Below, piece by piece: positions 1 through 10,059 of a stretch of 64,000 nt of DNA. Source of the DNA: Mobula hypostoma. Taxonomy: Eukaryota. Both the position numbers and the translations under genes were made by a program. Below the pieces are notes generated by a model. That model was not told the DNA's origin. It ran no database searches and saw only the letters and a list, made by a program, of their open reading frames with translations. The stretch lies in assembly GCF_963921235.1 (NCBI RefSeq), contig NC_086097.1, forward strand, positions 68,264,001 through 68,328,000. The letters are read 5' to 3'. Position 1 is the stretch's first letter; every line of letters begins with the position of its first letter.

Positions 1-929
1 CATTTAGAGCAGGGGCTCTTAACCTGGGACAGATTCCAGGGGGTCCATGAACTTGGATGGGGAAAAAATACATCTTTATTTTCATTAACCACTAACTGAA
101 ATTTAGCATTTCCTTCATATATGAACGTAGGCAACAAACCTCAGCAGTATTAGCAGTACCTGTGACTCCGTCACCAATAGAAATCACAGATATTTTCATA
201 TCACATTACATTTGTTACAAATATCTCAAAATATCGCTTACGGCACGCGTGTCACAACTTCGAAATTACAATAGTTATTAGACACTCTGCTAGATCGAAC
301 ATGATCGCAGCCTTCCTGTCTGTAGACGCTCGTGTGATGCAGCTGGTCGACTACCGGGCCACCCTGCCCCTAGTAGTTGTTCAGCCACCAAACGGTAAAG
401 TCGTGTGTTCTCACATTTGTGTACCAGGCATCTGTGTTGCTCTCCATTATTCCCTATCTGCAGTTGCTTGTTAATCAATGTATAGAAGAAGGTGAGTTAT
501 TTTTATTGTTTGTTAAAATTTTGGAAAACTGGACAGTTTAAATGAAAATTCTTAACTCTCCACTGGGCTACAAGATCTTTTGTAATACTACATGACTTTG
601 TGCGCAACAATAGTCTAATTCCAAGAAGAATACAACGCCTGAGCTACTGCTGCAATCCTTGTGTCTATCTGAGTATCTAAAAGACAGTAAATGTTAAAAC
701 TTTGGATAAATTGTAAACTCTGCCTTATTTTACTTACTTGGCATAAAAATTTCTTGAATATCTTAGACTTCACTTAATTAACATACAAGGTTACTTATTT
801 CTTTGCAGATTTATCAAATATCTTAAAAAACCATACAAAAATATTGTTTCAAAACATGTCAACTGAATCAATTATTTTATTTTAGCTTTATTTATTTTAT
901 ATTGTTTGCAGACCCGATTTCATTTGAAT

Positions 930-3330
930 TGTCAAAGAAAAGGAACCCATGTATTAAATTGTTTCACATGCATTAAGGGGCATGGCAGGACACAGAAGCC
1001 AAAGTGTTCCTTGTGCGGAAAAGTTCTTGTGAATGGAAGTATGAAGCCAGCAAGACTTAAAGAGTACCTCATGTATGTCCATCCTGAAAATGCATCTAAA
1101 TTTGCGCGGTTTTTTGTGCGAAGAAAACTCAATTTGAAAAAGTTATGACACTTCCAAAACTTGGATTTGCCATGTCAAAAAAACCTTTTCTTGAAGCATC
1201 CTATAAAGTTACTTACCAGACTGACAAGAAAAAGAAACTCCACACCATTGGAGAGATTTCAGTATAGGCATGCGGACTGGAAATGGTCCAGCTGTTTTGT
1301 GGACTGGAACGGAGGAAAAACTTGAAGCAGTTCCCTAATCAAATGACGCGATACATTCTAGAATAGTTTATATTTCTTTCAACATTTTGAAGCAGGTCAT
1401 TGAGGAATTGGTAATCTTGCAATTCCCATTCAGTATGCAACTGGATGAAACTACAGCCATCTCTCAATATCGTCAGCTCTTTGTTTTTGATGGTGTTGTC
1501 CACATGGTGATGCCATCTTCCTCTTGTGTGTTACCAAGCTTCTCCACAACGAGATTGAAGACAGCAGCGGTGTGACAGTGGATGTCAGATTAGATGGCAA
1601 CCTCTTTGACATCAGGAGGCTCCATGCAACCACTGAACTCCCATCGACCACCTGCTGGTTTGCTTCATCCCATACCTGTCCCTGGTCAGCGTCAGCTGCA
1701 GTGGCTGGGGCACGTGATAAGGATGCCCCCATGCCGGCTACGCCACTAAGTGTTATACAGCCAGCTACATCATGGTTGATGTTCAGCTGAAAGAAGTGCT
1801 ATAAGGATCAGATGAAGAATGCTTTAAGGAAGTGCAAGATCAGACCCAAGGAACTGGAGGAGGTTGTTGCTGACCATACCACTTGGCAACAGCTGTGTAG
1901 GGACGGGGTTTGTATTCCTTTAGATGGAAAGAACAACCAGAAGACAGCAGAAGAGAACTAGAAGAAATGCAGCCATGGTTGCCACCATTACCATTACCAC
2001 CACCACTACTACATATACATGTCCCCCCTGCAGTAGAGCTTGTGGGTCCAGGATAAGACTGTGTAGTCATCAAAGATCTCACCGTTAAAGGACTGGACGT
2101 CGTCATCGGATTTCGATGGACAACCGAAGAGAAGAGAGATGCCATCAAAGAAGAAATCTTATTTTGTGAGTCCCTTTTGGAAATACAAAGGCCACTGATG
2201 TTTTAGAAATGGTAAAAAGGTTTTTTTTGCCAAACAAAACTTTGACTGAAAAGAAAAACTTCATACTCTTTGCAGAGATGGAGTTCCTGCGATGCTTGGT
2301 AATACATATGGTTGTGCTACTTCAGTGAAAAAGAAAGCTCCTCACATCATTGTCACTCATTGTTTTTTTACACAGACATGCACTGGCAACAAAGACCCTT
2401 CCAACAACCCTCAAAGAAATTTTGTCAACAGCCATAAAAATCATCAACTTTATCAGAAGCAGATCGCTGAATAAGTGTTTTTAAAAAATGTCAAGAATTG
2501 AACGCAGAATATGGAGTTCTTCTTTACCACACAGAAGTTCGCTGGCTTTCAAGAGGACAAGTCTTGAAGTGCATGTTCGAACTAAGGAGAGAAGTTGCAC
2601 TTTTTCTGAAAGGAAAAGAAAATGCATTCTTGGAACACTTTGAAAAATAGGATTGTATCCATGGGTTTGCTTACTTGGCAGATATTTTTAACCACATGAA
2701 TGAAAAAATTCTTTCAATTCAAAGTCTTGAAGTCACCATTATGGATGCTACTGAAAAATTATAAGTTTTCTTGGCTAAGATGCCGATATGGAAGAGAGGA
2801 GAGGCTGCAAACTTTCAAATGCTGGAGAATGTGCTTGACCAAGATGGAGTTGAGATACAAAATTATCTGTCAATTTCTTTGAAGAGAGACATCTGCAAAC
2901 ACTTGGAAACACTTCAGAATTCTTTCAAAAATTATTTCAACATTGATAGCATTAAAGTTCAATCACAGATTCACAATCCTTTTCTTTCTGATATGAACTG
3001 TATCGAAGGTGTTGACCTAGCCAAAGATGAACTCATTGATCTTGGCTCAAAAACTTACTACAATTGGAGGTTAACTCAAAAAGCCTTGGTGAATTCTGGC
3101 ATTCCTTGAGAGAAGCCTATGCTCGCCTTGTAAAACAAGTTATGGAGGGTGTAATTTCATTTTCAACAACATATCTTTGCAAATCATGATTTTCAACATT
3201 TGTGACCATTAAGACCAAAAAAAAGTCGAAACCAGATGGAACTCCAATATGTCGTCAGTGTAGCTTTGTCAAAGACTGCCCCACAGTTTAATGTTCTTAT
3301 TCAAGCTAAGCAACAACAACCTTCACACTG
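930..3330 (+). pseudogene. Frameshifted hAT (Buster-family) transposase
   Basis: BED-finger-like KPKCSLCGKVLVNGSMKPARLKEYLMYVHP; catalytic-region [29 protein letters not shown] near 2527-2565; C-terminal FSTTYLC dimerisation motif near 3160; ends QQQPSH-stop at 3330. Many stops and frameshifts; start approximate. Confidence 0.9.
1518..2137 (+). mobile_element. 5'-truncated, internally deleted RTE-clade LINE inserted in the hAT transposase
   Basis: Encodes RTE-type VDVRLDGNLFDIRRLHATT and ends gatggacaaccgaagagaagaga. Flanked by a 9-bp TSD gatgccatc (1509-1517, 2138-2146); removing it restores HGDAIKEEILFCESLLE. Confidence 0.85.
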
Positions 3331-3609
3331 ATATGTCTTTAAAAAATAAAATTTAATTTTAACTTGCCTATATTTTAAATGTATTTAAATATATTTTAAA
3401 TGTATTGTCTCGTTATTTAATGCATTAATAATGAAGCACATATATTACTATCACAGATTTGTTTTTTTAATACACTGCTAACTGTATTTCAATATAATTG
3501 ATTTACTTTGTAATCCAGCATTATTCTGAGAAGAGGCCCATAGGCTTCACCAGACTGCCAAAGGGGTCCATGGCATAAAAAAGGTTACTCTCTGATCTAG
3601 ATCTAGAGG

Positions 3610-3868
3610 TACCACAGCCACCAATTACAGGAAAAATGCTGTGAACAAAGGCAATTGTTGTTCTTGGATTTCACAGATTTGATAAAGCCATTTGATATAG
3701 TAGACCACCAAGCTCTCAGGAGTATAGAATCAAGACATGGCTGTCCTGACAAGTACTTACGATTACTGAGCCTACTGCATGATGGCATGTCAGCCACAGT
3801 ACTCAGTAACAGTGCCGCTGAATCTGAACCCTTCACTGTCAGCACAAGAGTCAAATAGGGCTGCATGA
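3610..3868 (+). mobile_element. RTE-clade LINE reverse transcriptase fragment
   Basis: QLQEKCCEQ...FTDLIKPFDIVDHQAL...GCPDKYLRLLSLLHDGMSATV...EPFTVSTRVK*GC, typical of RTE RT domains. Boundaries approximate. Confidence 0.85.
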
Positions 3869-3869
3869 T

Positions 3870-4568
3870 TCAATTTAAAAAAGACCAAAAACCATTACAC
3901 AGGGAAAGAGAGAGAGAGAGGAAAAACACACACACACATATCATGTAAACAACAGAAGCAAGTTAACAGAATCCTGAATCCACTCCTAGAGCAGCCAGAG
4001 TAGGCCAAAGCAAGCCCCGGTTCCCGGTTCATCACACCAGTGAAACACACAGCAGCCAAATTATTTCTCAGCACTGTGAAGAAAGAAATAAACATTTGCG
4101 GAGGAGTGAGCGCAATCAGCCCTTCACTCAGGCTTCCAGTCTATCTGGGCCAACGTTTAAATTGTCTGGCACCTGAATCCCGGCGCTCTGTTATGCCTGG
4201 ACCACCCCACCCAAAGGCATTCTCGATCTCATTAAATCGGCTCAGCGCTTGGAGCAATTTAACCTCGCACTGTTAGGTGGACGGGCGTCGAAACTCTTCC
4301 ATGTCAACACCGCTCCAAATCGCACACTCCACCTGTGACAGTGATACGAACTCCATCTGCTTCCCCTGCTTGAACATAACCACCTTGTGCCTCAGAATGC
4401 CCCAGCGTGGCTCATCCCCTGAACCAGCCTTGTCTCCGCCTACCTCCTCACAGCAATAGTTCACCATAATTTTCTTCAAAAAAGTTATAAGTAACTTTCT
4501 AGTCAAATCTCTTGCTTTATGATCTATCAGTAAGCAGTCGCACATCTTCAGCAGCTCCATCTTCACCC
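3870..4568 (-). mobile_element. Unclassified, probably non-autonomous insertion inside the RTE LINE
   Basis: GC-richer 700-bp block between two RTE fragments; starts on the minus strand with an aagatggag motif like LINE 5' UTR starts; no recognisable protein. Confidence 0.4.
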
Positions 4569-4569
4569 A

Positions 4570-4813
4570 GAAACATGAACAGCATCTCCCCCAACAATAA
4601 AGATGGATAGGTCACGTCATTCAAATGCCTAACTCATGTGTCCCCAAACAAATCCTTTATTCCCATTTGAAGCAAGGTCAGTGAGCCCCAGTGGGCAAAG
4701 ATAACATCAAAATCAGCCTGAACAAAATCAACATTACATCTAAAAACTGGGAATTTATTGTATGGGAAATATCAAATCTGTTGAGGAAATCTGTTCAAGA
4801 GGAAGCTGTGCTA
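4570..4813 (+). mobile_element. RTE LINE C-terminal fragment (continuation of 3610-3868)
   Basis: RWIGHVIQMPNSCVPKQILYSHLKQG, the RTE LRWxGHVxRM...PKQxLY motif. Confidence 0.8.
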
Positions 4814-5607
4814 CAGTACTGTGCAAAAGTTTTAGGCAACCTAAGCTCTACATGGTTTTAGATGGCAAGGCTTCCACAGAGCCCGGATCTCAACGTCATC
4901 GAGGCTGTCCGGGATTACCTGGAGAGAAAGAAGCAACTGAGACAGCCAAAGTCTGCAGAACTGTGGCAAGTTCTCTAAGATTCTTGGAATAATAGAAAGA
5001 TAGAAACATGAGAACCTATAGCACAATACAGGCCCTTTGGCCCACAGTGCTGTGCCGAACATGTACTTACTTTAGAAATTACCTAGGGCTACCCATAGCC
5101 CTCTATTTTTCTCAGCTCCATGTACCTATCCAGGAGTCTCTTAAAAGACCCTATTTTATCTGCCTCCACCACCGTCGCCGGCAGCCCATTCCACTCACTC
5201 ACCACCCTCTGTGTAAAACAATTGACCCTGACATCTCCTCTGTACCTACTTACAAGCGCCTCAAAATGTGCCCTCTCATGTTAGCCATCTCAGCCCTGGG
5301 AAAACGCCTCTGACTATCCACACCATCAATGCCTCTCATCATCTCATACACCTCTATCAGGTCACCCCCCATCCTCTGTCGCTCTAAGGAGAAAAGGCCA
5401 AGTTCACTCAACCTAGTCTCATAGGGCATGTTCCCCAATCCAGGCAACATCTACCAGCGTACCTAAAAGAATTGATACAAAGGATGGTCACGCCAAATAT
5501 TGAGTTGATTAAGGTTTTTACAGTTCACTGCTCTTTATAGAATATTTTTGACCTTTATGAACATTTCATTTCATTATTTTTGAAAGCATCTCTGCTTTAC
5601 TAAACTG
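4814..5607 (+). mobile_element. Internally deleted Tc1-like DNA transposon
   Basis: TA (4812-4813), then cagtactgtgcaaaagttttaggca; PQSPDLNVIEAV..YLERK motif near 4874-4930; PKRID..GHAKY-stop after 5452; ends actg followed by TA (5608-5609). Confidence 0.8.
4991..5451 (-). mobile_element. CR1 LINE 3' end nested in the Tc1 element
   Basis: MLPGLGNMPYETRLSELGLFSLERQRMGGDLIEVYEMMRGID, then a CR1 3' UTR with a short-repeat tail. Confidence 0.9.
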
Positions 5608-5609
5608 TA

Positions 5610-5815
5610 CATGAGAACGACCTCCGCTGTGCTGCAGAGAACAAGCAGTAGCTGCAAAAGGAGGGACTGAACAACCAGAAAACCCAGCTACCACTTAGTC
5701 TTACCCATACTGCACCAGAATGTATGGATCACGGATCGATGCCTACAGCCTCCTGAGGACCCATCAACAGACAACCCCTTAGGAGAGCACCGTACTCTAC
5801 TTAAGTGATTGCACT
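5610..5815 (+). mobile_element. RTE LINE 3' terminal fragment
   Basis: Resumes after the Tc1 TA; resembles the 3' end of the RTE at 1518-2137 (C-terminal zinc-finger remnant, short UTR). Approximate. Confidence 0.55.
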
Positions 5816-5824
5816 ACTGGTACT

Positions 5825-6003
5825 AGGGAGAGGAATAAACAGTCAACATTTTGGGCTGAGACCTTTCATCAGGACGCGGGCACCTCTTCTTATTCCAGCT
5901 TCTGTCCCCTTCTTTTCTAGTCATGATGAGGGGCCTTGTGCTGCAAATTCAACTGTTTATACCCCTCCATAGATGCTGCTTGACTTGCTGAGTCCCTCAG
6001 CAT

Positions 6004-6004
<1 letters not shown>
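5825..6004. mobile_element. Penelope terminal-repeat-derived inverted fragment with degenerate hammerhead cores
   Basis: Minus-strand gtcctgatgaaaggtctcagcccaaaatgttgactg (about 5840-5875), then plus-strand gtcatgatgagggg...gatgctgcttgacttgctgagtcc, homologous to 30190-30290. Confidence 0.7.
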
Positions 6005-6036
<32 letters not shown>

Positions 6037-6050
6037 CAAAGAGAGAGAGA
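6005..6050. repeat. Compound microsatellite (TG)n(AG)n
   Basis: Read directly from the sequence. Confidence 0.95.
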
Positions 6051-6064
6051 CTGAAGTACACATC

Positions 6065-6450
6065 TTCCTTCTGGATCAAGAGGTGAATAATGAAGCAGAC
6101 TCTTCCACAGAAGAAGCCAGCAGGGGTTGAAATGGTGCTTTCTGAGGTGGTCTGCTCTTTCTGCCACTTACATGAGGCTTTTGCGTATTCCTGATGCCCA
6201 GCTTCAATGTTTTAAGTACCATCACATTGTCAGCTTTAAGCAGTCATGGGCTAAAATTTCCAGGAATCAAAGTGGATGATGCATTTTTCCAAGAGTTTGA
6301 GCACATCCTTCTATTATTTTCTCTATCCACCTGAGAATGGCTTTCTATTGCAGAGCCTGGAAAACAGAATTTGCTGTGGGTGTCTGCTGCATGAGGATGC
6401 ATGTCCGGCTCAACGTGTTCAACTGAGTGTAACTAATGTCTCAATATCCT
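6065..6450 (-). mobile_element. Old RTE LINE 3' fragment
   Basis: Reverse strand gives a degenerate R-W-x-G-H...PQQILFS...KDVLKL-like C-terminal RTE segment. Approximate. Confidence 0.55.
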
Positions 6451-6534
6451 CCTGATCCTTAACTACACGTTCTCCTCTTCTCAGATGCACATCAGGTGCC
6501 TACCAGCTGAGTTGCTTACCAGATATCTCACTAA

Positions 6535-7013
6535 TATACTTTATAGTCGCCAAACAATTGATATTAGGACGTACAATCATTATAGCGATATTTGATTCTT
6601 CGCTTCCTGCTCCCTGGATTACAAATCGATAGTAAATATTAAAAATTTAAATTATAAATCATAAATAGAAAACAGAAAAATGGCAAGTAAGGTAGTGCAA
6701 AAATACTGAGATGCTGGTCTGGATATTTGGAGGGTACTGCCCAGATCCGGGTCAGGATCCATTCAGCAGTCTTATCACAGTTGGAAAGAAGCTGTTCCCA
6801 AATCTCGCCGTACGAGTCTTCAAGCTCCTGAGCCTTCTCCTGGAGGGAAGAGGAACGAAAAGTGTGTTGGCTGGGTGGGTCGTGCCCTTGATTATCCTGG
6901 CAGCACTGCTCCGACAGCGTGCGGTGTAAAGTGAGTCCAAGGATGAAAGATTGGTTTGTATGATGTGCTGCGCCATGTTCACGATCTTCTGCAGTTTCTT
7001 CCGGTCTTCCGGT
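6535..7013 (-). mobile_element. Rex1/Babar LINE, 5'-truncated
   Basis: AQHIIQTNLSSLDSLYTARCRSSAARIIKGTTHPANTLFVPLPSRRRLRSLKTRTARFGNSFFPTVIRLLN, a Rex1-type C-terminus, followed by a 3' UTR. Confidence 0.9.
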
Positions 7014-7177
7014 TAATAATAATAGCTTTCATAAAATTGTACTTAATTCACCTAGTTTTGAACATTAAACCAACTTCATTAACATCCTGATTTGTTGAAG
7101 TAAGTTTAATGGCTACATCAATAAACTCAATATCAAAACAAAGTCAACAAGTTAAAAGTTTAGCATTCAATAAGAGT

Positions 7178-7805
7178 GATAGAACATTACAGCACAGTAC
7201 CGTACCTTTTAACGTACTCCAAGATCAGTCTAATCCTTCTCTCCATGATAGCTCTCCAATTATCTTTCATCCATGTGCCTATTTGAGAGTGTCTTAAAAG
7301 TCTCCAGTGTATCTGCCACTACCACCATTCTTGCAGGGTGTTCCACATACATTACCACTCTCTGTGTAAAAAAAAAACAACCTTTGACATCCCCCTATAC
7401 TCCCTTCCAATCACCTTAAAATTATACCCTCTCGTATTAGCCACTTCCACCCTGGGAAAATGTATACAGCCTTTGATCCATTTGATCTATGTCTTTTATC
7501 ATCTTATACTTCTCTATTGTTACCTCTCTTATCTTCCTCCGCTCGCTCAACCTTTCCTCATTAGGCATTTCTCTAATCGTGGCAGCATACTGGCAAATCT
7601 CCTCTGTACCACCTTTAAAGTTTCTACATCCTTCCCGTAATGAAGCAACCAGAACTGAACACATTCCTCCAAGTGTGGTTGAACCAGAGTTTTATGAAGC
7701 TGCAACATCACCTCATGGCTCTTGAACTAATACAAACCCCCAACTAATAAAGGGCAACACACCATATGCCTTTTTAAACATCCTGTCAACTTGTGTGTCA
7801 ACTTT
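7178..7805 (-). mobile_element. CR1 LINE 3' part
   Basis: atagaacat tail; reverse strand gives YKTLVQPHLEECVQFW-like and downstream RT C-terminal remnants. Continues at about 8575-9110. Confidence 0.85.
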
Positions 7806-8557
7806 TGTGACTGTGATCAAAGTCACCAAAAAAACACTAAAGTTGGTGAGATAGAGGTCTTTATTCAGCACAATAAACTGGCATCATTCTGGAAACACTC
7901 TCAGTAGAGGCTCACAAACCCAAAGGTACATCACATTTTTATACCTTTAAGATCAAAGGTAACAGTGGGTAATTTAATACAATTTCAATAGTTACAATGA
8001 CATTGTTTACTTCAATATTTTGGATGACAAATGGTTCCTTTCATATACTGTACATAGTGGAAACACATTGTCTGTGATAAGACACCTCTGAAGGTCCAAA
8101 CACCTTTGGAGAAACTAATTACTACAAATATTCTAAAACCTTTTAATGACAGAGAGCCAGACACCCAAAATTAATGTTGTCAGGGCTCTCTCTGAGTATG
8201 CAAATATATGAAGTACACAAAACTTATTGACCTATACCTGTGAGCGTGTTTGGTATGCTAAGTGACAACATTTGTCCCATCTGCCTGCTTGCAATCAAGT
8301 CACAATGGTGCAATTAACTTGGCCATGTTGCCTGGTTTGATGCAAGCCAATTAACACAAACCCATTGCCATAACGTTTGCCTTTTGCATATACAATCTCT
8401 TAGCCTGTGGAGCAGCCTGGGCTTTTAACTTCAATATACTGCTTGCAATTTACAAAAATAATGAAGTCTAATTGGAAGCGTCTTGAAATTATTTACATTA
8501 ACAATAAAAAAATTAAGCCTGGTTATTGTTTGAATTAATATCTGCTATATTCACACA
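7806..8557 (-). mobile_element. Probable solo LTR inserted in CR1
   Basis: About 750 bp interrupting a CR1; begins TG and ends CA; flanks cttt/cttc; minus-strand TATAAAA near 7937-7943, then AATAAA at 7860-7865. Right boundary uncertain (8557 or 8578). Confidence 0.5.
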
Positions 8558-8574
8558 CTTCCAGAATACTTTGC

Positions 8575-9110
8575 AACAGGATCTATAGATATGGACCCCA
8601 ATATCCCTATGTTCCTCTACACGGTTAAGAATTCTGTCATTCACACTGTGCTCTGCCTTCAAGTTCGACCTTCCAACATATATCAATACACACTCTTTTT
8701 GGATTAATTCCATCTACCACTTCTCAGCCCAGCTCTACATTCTATCATTGTTCTACTGTAACGTATGACAACCTTCTACATGATCCACAACCAAGCTTTG
8801 TGCCATCTATAAACTTACTAACACATGACCCTTCAACTGGTCACCAGCCTCCATGTACAATACACTCCATCAGCTACCAACCTCTGCTTCCTGTGGGCAA
8901 ATTAATTCTGAATTCACGCTGCAAAGTTTCACTGGATCCCATTCCTCTTCACATTCTGTGTGAGCCTACCATGGGGAACCATGGCAAATGCCCCACCATC
9001 GATATACACCACGTCCACTGCTCTAGCTTCATTAATTGGTTTTGTCTCTTCCTTCAATCAGGCTTGTGAAGTACGACCTTCCCCTCACAAAGCCATGCTG
9101 ACTAACTCTA
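8575..9110 (-). mobile_element. CR1 LINE RT fragment (continuation)
   Basis: WAEKW*MELIQKECVLIYVGRSNLKAEHSVNDRILNRVEEHRDIGVHIYRS and upstream QHGFVRGRS remnants. Confidence 0.85.
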
Positions 9111-9445
9111 AGCAGCCTAAGCCTAATCAGCCTGAACAGCCAGTAATATTGAGGTAAAACAAAAAGCAGGATCTCAATTTACTTATGGAGCAGATACGAA
9201 TATACAGAGAGAAATGCACAGGAAATGCATTTGACTACAGGATACATCCCCATGTTACTGAACGGTTGCATTCCCACAGAAATTTCCATATCACAATTTA
9301 ACATAATGCAAACCACTATCTATTTATACTGTAGGCTTCTCTTTGCTAACATAGTTGATTTCATGAAGCTATTCAGTAGGGCAATGTCAACCTACGCAGC
9401 CTTCCCAGCTCTAAGCCTGGTAAATCTACTCACTGACTCGATATC

Positions 9446-10026
9446 TGTTGTAACGAATGAGGCGGACCCAAGTTTAGGACACAGGCACGCGGATTTAGTT
9501 AGGATTCAGATGTGAACAGCAAACAGGAGGGAGAGCAGGAAGGCAGGAGACAGGCAGAATTATCTTGACATGGAACGTAGAAAAGGAAACGGCAGACAAA
9601 ACTCTTCTTAGCATGGAGAAATGGAATTATGCAGGCAAACCTCGGTGCTGAAGTAAAACTTTAGAAGACTTATCTTGATGCGGAAAGGCTGGGTTTCACA
9701 GGTAAACCTTGGAACTGGAGTAGAACTTAGAAAACCGATCTTGACACGAAGAGACTGAGTTTCACAGGTAATTCTCAGTACTGGAGCAAAACTTAGAACA
9801 CACAGTCCTAAGCGGCCGGGAAACGTTAATTACCTCACAGGGAAAACCAACAATCTGGCAACTAGTAGTTGTAAAGCCAGGGTTCTTACGCTGCAGGTCT
9901 TGATGGAAACCAGGTGTGCTGTCATCAAAGAGAATTAGAAGCAAATGGGAAATTAACAGTCGGAACCGTGGCACAATCAAAGGAAATTAGGAGAAAGATA
10001 GGGAATTAACGATCAGGACCATGACA
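9446..10026 (-). repeat. 3' LTR of the Gypsy element (581 bp)
   Basis: tgttgtaacgaatgaggcggaccc...gaccatgaca; direct repeat of 14221-14748. Confidence 0.95.
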
Positions 10027-10059
10027 ATACCGCCCCCCCCCCGCCAAACGGGAGCCTCC

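Larger units (their letters stand above)
10..3594 (+). mobile_element. hAT DNA transposon, Buster/Charlie type, decayed, with nested RTE insertion
   Basis: Left TIR caggggctcttaacctggg at 10; degenerate right TIR aaggttactctctg ends at 3594. The 8-bp flanks atttagag (2-9) and atctagat (3595-3602) fit the Buster NNNTANNN pattern. Subterminal aggggtccatg occurs near both ends, and transposase remnants lie inside. Confidence 0.9.

Noticed and set aside
906..3330. ZBED/SCAND3-like domesticated transposase gene
   Set aside because: Many stops and frameshifts, a LINE insertion, and retained TIRs and TSD.
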